Shown here piece after piece: positions 38,749 through 48,939 of a DNA stretch of 64,000 bases (position 1 is its first letter; each line of letters opens with the position of its first letter). The stretch lies in the IMG/VR virus record IMGVR_UViG_3300032327_000792; one strand, 5' to 3'. The stretch comes from a virus (lineage: Duplodnaviria > Caudoviricetes). Below the pieces are notes generated by a model that was given only the letters and a program-made list of their open reading frames with translations, was not told the origin of the DNA and searched no databases. Both the position numbers and the translations under genes were made by a program.

Positions 38749-39386
38749 ATCCAGTGAGCCTGGACCAATGAATGATAGCCCATGGTGCTGGGCTTTTGTG
38801 ATACTTTTCTAAACAGCAACATTTTTATCTGACTGAGATCTCTGCGTACATCTTTGTGGCTTGCTATGTGAAACCACTCCGCAGGGCAATGATCAGTGAG
38901 TACAGTGTGTGGAGTGTACTCACTGATGATAGCTTGATCACCATACAAAGGCGGAACGCTATACAATGACTCCCAATGGCTCAGTGGCTTGTTGACGAAT
39001 GTATTCCAGAGATTGCTGTGATCTCCGTGCCAATACATAAATGCACTGGAGTGTATGTTTTTATCTGCTTCAATCCACATCACAAATTGTTTGTGTTGAA
39101 TACGATCAATTATGTCATCAAGGTTGCCACAAATCACAGTGTCTAAATCTAAATACAAGGATGGACCTGTGAGTGCGCCAGGTTTGAACAGTTGCATTTT
39201 TGACCAAAATCCATAATCACCCGATTCAAGTTCAATTCTTTCACAGTTGACCGCACAGTCACTGAAACAAACAAATCGATGTGGTTGGGTTAAATTGCGT
39301 TGAACACCACGTTGTAATTTGTCAACCCATTCAGCTGTGTAACCTACTTTGCCGCCTTGGCGCAACACACATACAACGTTAAGCAT
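38745..39386 (-). CDS. GT-A fold glycosyltransferase
   Basis: WSKMQLF, YLDLD DxD, SSAFMYW, GDQAII. Confidence 0.75.
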   Translation of the reverse strand: MLNVVCVLRQGGKVGYTAEWVDKLQRGVQRNLTQPHRFVCFSDCAVNCERIELESGDYGFWSKMQLFKPGALTGPSLYLDLDTVICGNLDDIIDRIQHKQFVMWIEADKNIHSSAFMYWHGDHSNLWNTFVNKPLSHWESLYSVPPLYGDQAIISEYTPHTVLTDHCPAEWFHIASHKDVRRDLSQIKMLLFRKVSQKPSTMGYHSLVQAHWI

Positions 39387-39918
39387 AGCGTTCTAGTACC
39401 ACTAGTCCAGAGCCCCGATTACAGTGTTCTATGATATGCCATTCATGATTGTAATGCAAAAATGTAATCACGGCCTCAAACACTCCAGGCCACTCGGTGG
39501 GATCGTGAAGCACAATATACTTTTGAGCACGACAAGCATGACGATCTAACTCTGCCAAACAATGTTTTTTGGTATGCACAGTATCAATAAAAAGTAAATC
39601 GCAAGGCTCAATTTCTATTTCCAGACTGTTGGCTATGGCAAATTCAAAGTCAACACCACTGGTATTGGCACAATGTTTTAGTTCATCCAATATAGACAAG
39701 TAGGTGTCTGTGATATCATAACTGCGTAATTTTTTTGGACTGCCAGATAACCAGGCACAGGTACTGAGTCCGGTGTAAACACCAAACTCAACTATGCTGT
39801 CAACTTGGCTGGCATATCGTTGATAGGTATCAAACCGATCTGGACTATCGCCTAGCCAAGCAATGGGTTGAATTTTTAGTTCAATGAAATCTTTTCGAAG
39901 TTCTTGTAAGTTTCTCAT
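39379..39918 (-). CDS. Class I SAM-dependent methyltransferase
   Basis: VEFGVYTGLST motif I, DLLFIDTVH, IVLHD; start approximate. Confidence 0.8.
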   Translation of the reverse strand: MRNLQELRKDFIELKIQPIAWLGDSPDRFDTYQRYASQVDSIVEFGVYTGLSTCAWLSGSPKKLRSYDITDTYLSILDELKHCANTSGVDFEFAIANSLEIEIEPCDLLFIDTVHTKKHCLAELDRHACRAQKYIVLHDPTEWPGVFEAVITFLHYNHEWHIIEHCNRGSGLVVLERYA

Positions 39919-39922
39919 AATT

Positions 39923-40606
39923 TTAACCAGCATATTTGTAAACAGTGTCGTGAACCCACGCAACGTGAATTTCATAATTCCACGATTTTAACAGATTGTT
40001 AATTTTTTCTTGTGACCAGCCATATTCATCACCGCTGCCATTTGTTTCCAACACAATCAATGGCCGTGATTTGGCAATGGTTTCTTTGGCTCCTAGCAAC
40101 GCAAATGCTTCAAATCCTTCTATGTCTAAATGTATTAAATCTGGATCTAGATTCAATGAATCAATTGTGATTTGTTTTATATTGCCGTGCCCTTTTATTT
40201 TTAATGCACCAGTGTTGGTTTCATTCCATCTTGGGTTGGTTTCTAGTTCAATCATTGATTCTATATCACCTAAGGCTGCTTGATACTTTACAACATTTTC
40301 TTCTGGAACATTGCGACACAAACAAGTAAAGTTTCTATGGTCTGGTTCTAGTGTTACAACTGATCGAAACAGTCGACTATACTGTTTGGGATAAAGTCCA
40401 GCATTGCCGCCGGCCTGAACAACTAAGTTTTTACGTTCACACAAGCAGGCAATTTGAACAGGCAAATCCCAATGCCCTATTTTGTTTAACCATTTCCATG
40501 CCCAGATATCTTCGCTAGGCCACAACCATGCTCCAGAATGCCTACGGCTTTCTCTATATTCTAAACCCAGCAATTCATCGGTATCTTGCACCCTGTGTTC
40601 CTTCAC
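39923..40606 (-). CDS. FkbM-family methyltransferase
   Basis: QAGGNAG, LEPD, AALG, TIDSL, LIHLDIEGFE. Confidence 0.85.
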   Translation of the reverse strand: MKEHRVQDTDELLGLEYRESRRHSGAWLWPSEDIWAWKWLNKIGHWDLPVQIACLCERKNLVVQAGGNAGLYPKQYSRLFRSVVTLEPDHRNFTCLCRNVPEENVVKYQAALGDIESMIELETNPRWNETNTGALKIKGHGNIKQITIDSLNLDPDLIHLDIEGFEAFALLGAKETIAKSRPLIVLETNGSGDEYGWSQEKINNLLKSWNYEIHVAWVHDTVYKYAG

Positions 40607-40614
40607 TATAAATA
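40607..40614 (+). promoter_or_regulatory. T4-type late promoter TATAAATA
   Basis: Exact consensus upstream of the GT25 gene; an opposing TAAATA on the minus strand lies at 40627-40632. Confidence 0.75.
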
Positions 40615-40638
40615 AACGACTACTATTATTTATTCACC

Positions 40639-41481
40639 ATGAAAGCCTACATAATTTACCTTCCAGACCGTGAACACAGCGTAACGCACAGTGCGTACAT
40701 GTTGGAGACACTAAAGTCATATGGACTAGACGCTTACTTGCACAAAGGTGTACCCGGTGATCATGCGGTAAAACTTGCTGCCAGATCCAAAAAAACTCTG
40801 TATCCTTACAGCATTAAAAATCGCACCATCAACGACGCAGATCTTAAAAGACTAATTCGTCCTGAATTATACGAAGAATTCAAAAAAAGATATCACTACA
40901 CAATCATTGAACGTCAACTGATTGGCGAAAATCACATAGGCAAACTAAGTCGTCCTGGGGTAGTCGGATGTTTTTACAGTCATTATTCATTGTGGGAAAA
41001 ATGTGTTCAACTCGGCGAACCTATAATGATCTTTGAAGACGATGTTAAGTTTTATCGAGGTTGGAATCCTATATCGTTCACCGGTGTTTTAATATTGAGT
41101 CTTGGAAAATCAAGTTTTTTAACTGAGCCCAACAAAACTTATTTGGAAAATCCCACTGGTGTGCCACGTGCAGTACCATGGAGAAATTTCAGCATGCCCG
41201 GTGCCAGTGGATACGCTCTTACCCCAGACGCAGCTCTGGGCTTGATCAAGTTTTATAGACCTTATTGGTATCCTGCAGACAATGCTATCAATCAGTACAT
41301 TACACCCATGTACATACACAACTATATCATGGGCCGAAACACATTGCCCGAAGAAGGCAATATATCCATGACCAAGTCAAAGGATTGGAATCAAGCAATG
41401 GGGACTGAAATAGTCGACAATGACTACAAAGAACTGGTTATTACTGCATCAACCGATCCCGGCACCGAGATTGATCAATGA
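40639..41481 (+). CDS. Glycosyltransferase family 25-like
   Basis: YIIYL...R, GCFYSHYSLW, MIFEDD, GYALTP. Confidence 0.85.
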   Translation: MKAYIIYLPDREHSVTHSAYMLETLKSYGLDAYLHKGVPGDHAVKLAARSKKTLYPYSIKNRTINDADLKRLIRPELYEEFKKRYHYTIIERQLIGENHIGKLSRPGVVGCFYSHYSLWEKCVQLGEPIMIFEDDVKFYRGWNPISFTGVLILSLGKSSFLTEPNKTYLENPTGVPRAVPWRNFSMPGASGYALTPDAALGLIKFYRPYWYPADNAINQYITPMYIHNYIMGRNTLPEEGNISMTKSKDWNQAMGTEIVDNDYKELVITASTDPGTEIDQ

Positions 41482-42398
41482 AAGTAGGAATATTTTATAA
41501 CTCTATTAGCAATCCGGCTAAGTTTTCAAACAAAGTGATGTTAATGGACAACTTTCAAGCTGGAGTCATAAGTCAAGGCGATGAAGTAGTTGAATATAGA
41601 GAAAATACATTACCAGATCAGCCTCTGGATGCTGGCTTTGTATTGGGCTATACACTTGAAGATAACTTTAGAAAAAAAATTATCAACAGTTTAAAAGCTC
41701 AAAAAACTCCACAGGTGTTTGTGGACAGCAACATTTTACACTATGCAAGAAAAGAACACGAGTGGCATCGTTATAGTTTGAACAGTGTGTATCCCAACGA
41801 TGGTGCATATTTCTTTCAGGCATTAGATCGTTCTAAATGGACAACATACAGCCAATGGCATGGTGTTGAACTGCAACCTTGGAGAACTGGAGCCAACGGA
41901 CAACACATATTGATCCTGTGTCAGCGTCCCAAAGGTTGGAATATGTTTGGCAATGATCAGGATGCCTGGTTGGACAAGATGATAGACAAGATTCGCAAGA
42001 TTGAGCGTAAACGTCCAATTGTGGTTCGCATGCATCCGGGTGATGGTTCAAGATTTAAACAGATTGAAAAATTACAAAAAAGGTATGGTGCCAGTATCAA
42101 AATCTCCAACCAAGATAACATTAGAGAAGATTTGGTCAACTGTTGGTGCACTGTGGGCTACAACTCTACTCCCAATGTGATTGCTGCTATTGAAGGCGTG
42201 CCTGGATATATAGAGGATCCGCAACATAGTTGGGTTGCTGACGTGGCATTCACTGACCTTGCTCACTTACTACAGCCACCCTTGCCTGGGCGCAATGAGT
42301 GGATTCACAAAATTGCCAACATACACTGGAGCAATGAAGAAGTACGCACTGGTCAACTATGGTCGGCTATTAAGACGTATATTTCTGCTTCTCGTTGA
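41478..42398 (+). CDS. KpsC/KpsS-like GT-B glycosyltransferase
   Basis: VVRMHP, YNST, AAIEGVP pattern; paralogue of 43190..44023. Confidence 0.6.
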   Translation: MKVGIFYNSISNPAKFSNKVMLMDNFQAGVISQGDEVVEYRENTLPDQPLDAGFVLGYTLEDNFRKKIINSLKAQKTPQVFVDSNILHYARKEHEWHRYSLNSVYPNDGAYFFQALDRSKWTTYSQWHGVELQPWRTGANGQHILILCQRPKGWNMFGNDQDAWLDKMIDKIRKIERKRPIVVRMHPGDGSRFKQIEKLQKRYGASIKISNQDNIREDLVNCWCTVGYNSTPNVIAAIEGVPGYIEDPQHSWVADVAFTDLAHLLQPPLPGRNEWIHKIANIHWSNEEVRTGQLWSAIKTYISASR

Positions 42399-43167
42399 CA
42401 AAAACTTCTAGATCTTTTCTAGTACCTTTGGCAGTCCAGATATAACTGCTGGGTTGCATGTTCCAGTCAATGTATTCTGTTGGTAAATTTTCCCAACGAT
42501 ATTGCGGTACCAAGTCTGTCAACACGTCTTGATCAATTCCCCAATGTAAATTATCCAGTTCAATGTTGTTTTTTAATACAGCAACATACTGTTTTAAAAA
42601 TGCATAACCTTGGGTGTTGCCGGTTAGATACAAACCCCCGGCCAAAAATCTAGCCTTGCGTCCAGAGATATAGTGTATGTAAAAATCTTTGCTGTTGTCG
42701 AATTCTGGAAAACTTCTGCGCACAACAGCATCAATGTCTATGGCCAGCAATCGAGTGGTGGGTTGAATCAACTGTTGCAATCGAATAAATCTTGCAGAAG
42801 CAAAGTAGGTTCGTTGTATTCGCTGTTGTATGCTGGTATCACGGCCTTTGGTCATTGCAGTCAAAATTCTTTTGCGGCGATCTGCCATCTCTGGATCTGT
42901 AGGTACTGTTGCCCATTTCTCAGACGCTGTTTTAAACAACTCCAAAGGAACCTGCTCGTATGTGATACTGACACGTTGGATTGATCTACAATATGAAATT
43001 TGCTCTGGAGTAGGATTGTACAAGTGTAGATGTACACCAAACTGAGTATTTTTAAGCGCACTGCGGATCAATGCTGGACCGAATTCAGTGAAATAGTCGC
43101 AATCGCAGGCAACATAGATAAAGAATGATGGCTGGTCAAGGTTTCCGAGCAGTGGTGGAATAATCAT
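42370..43167 (-). CDS. GT-A fold nucleotide-diphospho-sugar transferase-like protein
   Basis: ARF, AIDID DxD, AGGLY, DQDVL. Confidence 0.6.
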   Translation of the reverse strand: MIIPPLLGNLDQPSFFIYVACDCDYFTEFGPALIRSALKNTQFGVHLHLYNPTPEQISYCRSIQRVSITYEQVPLELFKTASEKWATVPTDPEMADRRKRILTAMTKGRDTSIQQRIQRTYFASARFIRLQQLIQPTTRLLAIDIDAVVRRSFPEFDNSKDFYIHYISGRKARFLAGGLYLTGNTQGYAFLKQYVAVLKNNIELDNLHWGIDQDVLTDLVPQYRWENLPTEYIDWNMQPSSYIWTAKGTRKDLEVFVNEKQKYTS

Positions 43168-43168
43168 A

Positions 43169-43180
43169 TTAAATATTTAA
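43169..43180. promoter_or_regulatory. Palindromic bidirectional late-promoter motif TTAAATATTTAA
   Basis: 12-bp perfect palindrome in the 22-bp gap between divergent genes, giving TAAATA on both strands. Confidence 0.7.
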
Positions 43181-43189
43181 CTATAAATT

Positions 43190-44023
43190 ATGCGTGTAAG
43201 TATTTTTGATCAGTATGGAGCTTTGAACAGTGCGCCAATCTTTGCCGCTATTCGTGCTGGTCTTGATCACATAGGTATTGAACATACCAGCATGGATAGC
43301 TCAGCCGATGTGGCTGTGATCTGGAGTCTGCTGTGGGCCGGACGAATGAAGCCCAATCAACAGATATGGGAACTGTACCGATCTACTGGGCGTCCTGTGA
43401 TTGTGGCAGAAGTAGGAATGTTGCGACGTGGCTTTACCTGGAAACTGGGCATCAACGGTACAGGGTTGACTGCTGACTATGGTCAAGAATTAATAGCCAA
43501 TCGTGCCAGTGCATTGGGACTCAGTACAAAACCTTGGAGCAACGCAGGATACAACATTGTGATTGCGTGTCAACGCAGTGACAGTGAGCAGTGGGTCGGA
43601 CAACCACCTACGGTTGCATGGTTGACAGAAACTGCACGCAAGATCAGACAATACAGTGACAAGCCCATGGTAATACGTCCGCATCCAAGACAGCGCATTG
43701 CCGACATTCCAGGTTGTGTTATTGAAAGCCCTCAACCTATTCCAGGCACCTACGACAGTTTTAATTATGATCAGTGTCTTAAAACAACATGGGCCGTGAT
43801 CAATCACAACTCAGGGCCTGGAGCTCAGGCCATTTTAAATGGTGTGCCGGCATTTGTTGGAGCCACAAGTTTGGCAGCGCCAGTGGGTAATGCAGACATT
43901 GCTGATATAGAAAATCCACTGCGTCCTGATAGAACACAATGGATTGAACAACTAGCGCACACTGAATGGACTATGCCAGAAATTGAATCTGGTATTCCAT
44001 TGTTGCGTTTATTGAAGCCCTAG
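43190..44023 (+). CDS. KpsC/KpsS-like GT-B glycosyltransferase
   Basis: VIRPHP, HNSG, AILNGVP pattern. Confidence 0.6.
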   Translation: MRVSIFDQYGALNSAPIFAAIRAGLDHIGIEHTSMDSSADVAVIWSLLWAGRMKPNQQIWELYRSTGRPVIVAEVGMLRRGFTWKLGINGTGLTADYGQELIANRASALGLSTKPWSNAGYNIVIACQRSDSEQWVGQPPTVAWLTETARKIRQYSDKPMVIRPHPRQRIADIPGCVIESPQPIPGTYDSFNYDQCLKTTWAVINHNSGPGAQAILNGVPAFVGATSLAAPVGNADIADIENPLRPDRTQWIEQLAHTEWTMPEIESGIPLLRLLKP

Positions 44024-44767
44024 GTGAGACAAGCTCTTGTCGAGCCAAGACACAATCAATTCGTGTTGGCGTAGTTCCCCGTGACGCTGAACACATTCAT
44101 CCGCGGATTCGGGCAACAGTTTTCGATCAGCTAACTCATACCACGTGGTTGTTTTTGGATTCATCGGCATGTGAGAACTTTTGTACACCACTGCACTTAA
44201 CCATGGATTGTTTGACTCTTTTTTAAAAAATCCTGATCTACAATCCCACCCGGCAACCGCCAGCATATGAATCAAACTGACCATGGTGTGATGGTAATAC
44301 ACACCGTTGGGCTGATTGAACACTTGTTGTCTGGCTTGATAATTTGTTGTTTGTGGAACAACAATTGCCAACATGGCGCCATCACTGGCAATATTCCACC
44401 ATTTGCTTAGAGTTCCTATTGGATCTAGAGCATACTGGAAAGAATCATGACACCATAGCACATCAAACAATGTTTTCTGTTTGGGTATGATTGTGGTTTC
44501 AAAGTCCACGGATTGATATGTAATGTTTGAATATTTTTTTGCTATTGTCAACTGAGGGGCTAAATCGACTCCAATACAATCAATATTCAGCGGCTGAGGA
44601 GTGTCTTCTCTTGTGGTGCGAGTAGCCCACCATTCTAAATCTAAGCCAGAGCCACAACCTAGATCTACCAAGGTTCCGATACTGGCCATGAAATCGTCGT
44701 ATTCGTACAACATGTTCAACGTGTTTAAACTATGTGCGTGACTTTCTTCTGCGTTTCGAAATGTCAT
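44009..44767 (-). CDS. Class I SAM-dependent methyltransferase
   Basis: LVDLGCGSG, IGVD, FDVLWCHD; start moved to MTFRNAEES (ATGA overlap with uvsY). Confidence 0.85.
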   Translation of the reverse strand: MTFRNAEESHAHSLNTLNMLYEYDDFMASIGTLVDLGCGSGLDLEWWATRTTREDTPQPLNIDCIGVDLAPQLTIAKKYSNITYQSVDFETTIIPKQKTLFDVLWCHDSFQYALDPIGTLSKWWNIASDGAMLAIVVPQTTNYQARQQVFNQPNGVYYHHTMVSLIHMLAVAGWDCRSGFFKKESNNPWLSAVVYKSSHMPMNPKTTTWYELADRKLLPESADECVQRHGELRQHELIVSWLDKSLSHLGLQ

Positions 44768-45216
44768 ATTGTGATATCCTCCATTCCTGCTGTGCGTAAT
44801 CTCACAATGTGCCCCATTTGCCATTGTTTGGCATCTAACCCTTTGAGTATGCCCAGCCACTTGTTGCGTAACAGTGCTACTTCGTTGATAATGGTTTCAA
44901 AGTCAATGACTTCGTCTTCGCCGTCTACGTACTTTTCAGCATCGCGACTGGTCAGTGCTCTAGCATATGCTTCCAAATATTTTTGAAAGTGTCGACGACG
45001 AATTTTACGTAATTGTATATTGAGAAAGTTAAGCACCGCTTCAATTTCTTGTAACTGATTGAAACGATGCTCAGTGATACCCGGCAACGCAGAGATGTTT
45101 TTCTCTACCAAGCCACCTATTCTACAATCACGCTTGGCATCTCCTAACTCTCGTTCGTAGTGTTGAATAAAATCAGGAATGTTGCCCAACGATGCTACAA
45201 CTTTGCTATACCACAT
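44764..45216 (-). CDS. uvsY: Recombination mediator UvsY-like
   Basis: Helical protein with KYLEAY...LTSRDAEKYVDGE...KGLDAK pattern; near uvsX. Confidence 0.75.
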   Translation of the reverse strand: MWYSKVVASLGNIPDFIQHYERELGDAKRDCRIGGLVEKNISALPGITEHRFNQLQEIEAVLNFLNIQLRKIRRRHFQKYLEAYARALTSRDAEKYVDGEDEVIDFETIINEVALLRNKWLGILKGLDAKQWQMGHIVRLRTAGMEDITI

Positions 45217-46495
45217 AATTATCCATATATTGTTTTTCAATCTCTATAAGCCAAGGAAACAACTCTCGCCAGTTTGTGCCACGGCGTTGATCTTTTTCAT
45301 TTATGTATATTAACATTTTTTTGATTTCTTGCCAATCTCTTTGGTGATTAGCAATGCCCTTTCCTATACCTTCGATGTAGTTACAAATCACCTGATCCTC
45401 GTCAGTATCAATTGGCATGGCAGACACTATCTTTTGAAAATCTTCCTCAAACACACCAGGTCCAAAATGTTTGGGTATAAAATAAGATGGGTCTGGGGAT
45501 ATAGTTCCGCTATATAGACTTACATGACGAACCTGTCTCCACTCTTTTAATTTATGCATAAGTTCGGGCGCAGTTTTAATAGTCAGAGGACTAAAGACTT
45601 GATTCAATGCCAGTTTGATCCATTTTTGATCCAATAGATATCGAAAATTTTTCTCCCAGTGTACCAGGTCCAGTCCATATCTTACATATTCTTGTTGGGG
45701 GCCCCAACAATCAATACTGGCAAGAATTTGTAAACTTTTGAGTTTACGATTGATCAACAATTTCCTAATTTTAACAATGTACTTTTCTAACAATGCCGGC
45801 GGGATCATCAAATTAGAAACTATATTTAATTCACAATCTGCATTAGGAAACTGATCTACATAGTCTAAAATTTTGTCAAATTCTTTTTGAAAAAAAGGTT
45901 CTCCGCCTAGTATGTTCAGGCGGCGCAGATATTTAAACTCTTTTTCAAACCATTGTTGAAATGCAGGTAACAAATCTGTATAGCGAGGCTCCTCGACAAC
46001 CTCAAGAGCTGCGAATTCAATTTCCTGAATTTTAGATTGCCCAAAGCGACGATTTTCGTTGTTGATTGTACTACTCAGATCTGGAGAACAATACAAACAA
46101 CTTAGTTGACAGGTATTGTTTAAAAAAACTTCAACTACCACTGGTTTTATTTCTACAGCAGTAGAATTTTGATCTAATTCCCGAGGATACATATTTGGTA
46201 TGCTTAGATGCCACAATCGATCACTTACGCCACCAGCTGCCTCAATTTCTTTACAGTAATGGCATGTTGCTCCTTGTTTACCGCCGGGCCATTCGCCGGC
46301 TAACATTTTTTTTCTGTCTGCTATTTTTTCTGGAGTATTGTGGAAGTTATGAAAGTTTTCAGGAGTTAATTTACTTTCACTAGAGCGATAACACGACCTA
46401 GTGATACCAGAATTGAGTAGCAAGGTGCTCCAACTCCATTTGAGTTGGCAAGCGGTTTCAGTGTTAATAGGAAAGAATTTTTTTTCAGATGTCAT
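45206..46495 (-). CDS. Radical SAM protein with N-terminal auxiliary Cys motif
   Basis: CQLSCLYC, GGEP, N-terminal CQLKW...SC...CHYC. Confidence 0.9.
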   Translation of the reverse strand: MTSEKKFFPINTETACQLKWSWSTLLLNSGITRSCYRSSESKLTPENFHNFHNTPEKIADRKKMLAGEWPGGKQGATCHYCKEIEAAGGVSDRLWHLSIPNMYPRELDQNSTAVEIKPVVVEVFLNNTCQLSCLYCSPDLSSTINNENRRFGQSKIQEIEFAALEVVEEPRYTDLLPAFQQWFEKEFKYLRRLNILGGEPFFQKEFDKILDYVDQFPNADCELNIVSNLMIPPALLEKYIVKIRKLLINRKLKSLQILASIDCWGPQQEYVRYGLDLVHWEKNFRYLLDQKWIKLALNQVFSPLTIKTAPELMHKLKEWRQVRHVSLYSGTISPDPSYFIPKHFGPGVFEEDFQKIVSAMPIDTDEDQVICNYIEGIGKGIANHQRDWQEIKKMLIYINEKDQRRGTNWRELFPWLIEIEKQYMDNYVV

Positions 46496-47640
46496 TGTGT
46501 TTGATTGACCCAGTCTATAAATGAGGTTGGAAATATCTGTAACGATAAATTTCTTCTTCTTGCAAATTCTTTAATGTAAGTTACAAAATTTAATTTCTGT
46601 TGCTTACTGTATCCACTGTCTAGTGCTGTTTTAATCAACGAATCGTTCCATTGATACTTAGTTAATTTTAGATTGGCAACGGAGTCTGAATCCATTACTC
46701 CAACAGCAAGATAATCAGGATCGTTACAAAACTGTACTGTGTTGTTGTCTTGTCCAAACTGATCTTCGAATTGTTGATATCCAAATAGTGTGAGATTAGT
46801 CAGAGTGACGGAAAATCTATACGGTATACCATGTTGTTTGATAATCTCCATATTTTTCAAAAAGTTCTGATAAGAATTTCCATACCGAACAAACTCATAC
46901 AAATCACCAGTGGATTCCCCGCTGATTACTAAACTTATATTGCTTTTTAATTTGTCAAGAATGGCAGAAAATCTCACTGGGTTAACTCCTAATCCTGTGA
47001 AAATTTCTATCGGACTTGAAAACTTATTTGTTAGTTCTTCTAGCCCGTTATACAAAAAAGGCTCTCCGCCGGTAATAGATATTGACCTTAGATTTTTGAG
47101 TTGCTCAGTTGAATCTAAAATGACTTTGACTACTTGACTGTTTTTAAGCTGTTTCTGCCCAAGAGCTTCAATGATACGATCTTCAATATTGATTGTGTAT
47201 CGTGCATCATTTAGATAAGATCCATTGGTCTGTATGTCTTTGTACCATGCGTTGCTATATTGTTTGCAACAATAAACACAAGTCATATTGCAGGCTGTAC
47301 TCAGTACAATGTTTAATACCTCGGGCTCGGCATAGACTGCATTGTGTGTTTGAACTTGACCATTCATGCTCGTTCGACGACTTACAGCCAACTGATCTTC
47401 TGCGGCCCAACAATTGGCTTCACATGAAGCCACACGAACTCCATTGAGCATATTTTCTCGATCTTGTACTAATTCCGGAGTATTAAATATTTTTTCTGGA
47501 TTTTGTTCAAGCCATTTTGTATTAATTGTGTAAGGACTGGCAGAACAACATGATGAAAGATTTTTACGTTCTAAATTTACAGTCAACCACCAAAATTTTT
47601 GATTACAATAAAAATCTTTAATAATCGTTTTCGTCTTCAT
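46492..47640 (-). CDS. Radical SAM protein with N-terminal auxiliary Cys motif
   Basis: CNMTCVYC, GGEP, N-terminal CNQKF...SCC...CEANC; start approximate. Confidence 0.9.
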   Translation of the reverse strand: MKTKTIIKDFYCNQKFWWLTVNLERKNLSSCCSASPYTINTKWLEQNPEKIFNTPELVQDRENMLNGVRVASCEANCWAAEDQLAVSRRTSMNGQVQTHNAVYAEPEVLNIVLSTACNMTCVYCCKQYSNAWYKDIQTNGSYLNDARYTINIEDRIIEALGQKQLKNSQVVKVILDSTEQLKNLRSISITGGEPFLYNGLEELTNKFSSPIEIFTGLGVNPVRFSAILDKLKSNISLVISGESTGDLYEFVRYGNSYQNFLKNMEIIKQHGIPYRFSVTLTNLTLFGYQQFEDQFGQDNNTVQFCNDPDYLAVGVMDSDSVANLKLTKYQWNDSLIKTALDSGYSKQQKLNFVTYIKEFARRRNLSLQIFPTSFIDWVNQTQ

Positions 47641-47872
47641 CATACTCGTCTTCGTAGTCTTCCTCGTCGTCCTCGTCGGCATGATCATCAAGATACTGTT
47701 TGAGTGCTTGCTTGACTTCGCTGTCGCTTTTAAACGCAGATTTGATTTCTTCGACACTGACGTCGTTGTCAATCAATACACTGACCAATGCTTCGGCAGC
47801 TTCGGCACGATCCATGCCGTTGACGTAACGTTTGATTTCTTGCCAAACTTCATTTGCTAATTCTACTGCCAT
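47618..47872 (-). CDS. Small acidic hypothetical protein
   Basis: D/E-rich C-terminal tail, GGAG RBS. Confidence 0.75.
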   Translation of the reverse strand: MAVELANEVWQEIKRYVNGMDRAEAAEALVSVLIDNDVSVEEIKSAFKSDSEVKQALKQYLDDHADEDDEEDYEDEYDEDENDY

Positions 47873-47873
47873 A

Positions 47874-48938
47874 TTATGCTTCTCCTTCTAAAGTTTCTTC
47901 AGGAGTACTTACCTCAGTGTTTTGATTTTTGAAATCAGCAATAATTTTGTCCAGACAACCATCGTCGTTGGCTTCCCACTTTTTGCGGAATTGTTTGATA
48001 ATTTCGCCATCACTGGTAACAAATACTAGGCTATTGCCTTCTTTCTTGAGTAGACCTTTTTTCTCGGCCAAGTCGGTCATGCCTGAGTATGGACTCATTC
48101 CTGTGGTGTAAGGAATTTTAACTTGTACTCCTTCAAACGGTTTGGCATAACGTGTTTTCATGATCTTACAGGCTGCTCTGATGCCATTGACTTCTGAAAC
48201 TTTGTTGCCATCTTCGTCTTCTTTGAGTTTGAGTTTTTTCATAGCAACCACAATACTTGATGCATAGATAAAACCTTGACCTCCTGAAATCTTGTCATCT
48301 GGATCAAACATGTCCTGACTTGCATATGTATGGTTAGTACATACCATTCCAATATTATAACTGCCAAACATGTTGACACAGTTACGAACCAGGGCAGTAA
48401 GTGCTTTGGGTTTGCGGCCCAAGTCACCTTTCATTTCGCCTGCTTCAAACTGGTTGACATCAGTGGGAGTCAACAACATACCCAATGAGTCAATCACAAA
48501 TAATACCTTTGGACGTTCGCCATCCGGTAACGCTTTGTAATCACTCATGAATGTGGAAATCGTTTTGGCCACATCGTCGATCATGGCCATTGATAGTTTG
48601 AGCAACTTGCCTTCGCTGGTATCTACTCCCAAGGCCTGCAACCATGCTTCGTCTAGGGCATTTTCACTGTCTACCAACACAACAAAGATACCTTGCTCTT
48701 GTGCGTGTTTGACAATGTTGCCACTGCAGATGTAACTCTTGCCTGCACCAGAATCTCCCGCAAACACAGTAACCTTGCCCATTGGAATACCTTTGTTAAA
48801 GTCTCCCGAGATCAAATAGTTCAAGGCAAAATTGCCTGTTGAGATCCAGTCTGTTGGATCGTTAAATCCAATACTAAGACCGTCGATTGATTTTGTAATT
48901 TCCTTGCGGAACTTTGATACGTCAAATGGTTTTGCCAT
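47874..48938 (-). CDS. uvsX: RecA-like recombinase UvsX
   Basis: AGDSGAGKS, DSENA, VIDSLG, NHTY, SGGQG, KTRY; start moved to MAKPFD. Confidence 0.95.
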   Translation of the reverse strand: MAKPFDVSKFRKEITKSIDGLSIGFNDPTDWISTGNFALNYLISGDFNKGIPMGKVTVFAGDSGAGKSYICSGNIVKHAQEQGIFVVLVDSENALDEAWLQALGVDTSEGKLLKLSMAMIDDVAKTISTFMSDYKALPDGERPKVLFVIDSLGMLLTPTDVNQFEAGEMKGDLGRKPKALTALVRNCVNMFGSYNIGMVCTNHTYASQDMFDPDDKISGGQGFIYASSIVVAMKKLKLKEDEDGNKVSEVNGIRAACKIMKTRYAKPFEGVQVKIPYTTGMSPYSGMTDLAEKKGLLKKEGNSLVFVTSDGEIIKQFRKKWEANDDGCLDKIIADFKNQNTEVSTPEETLEGEA

Positions 48939-48939
48939 G

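Noticed and set aside
36454-44767. Host LPS/capsule locus mis-assembled into the contig
   Set aside because: The genes carry the same TAAATA motifs as the phage late genes, overlap uvsY directly and lack transport/polymerase genes (wzx, wzy, kpsMT)
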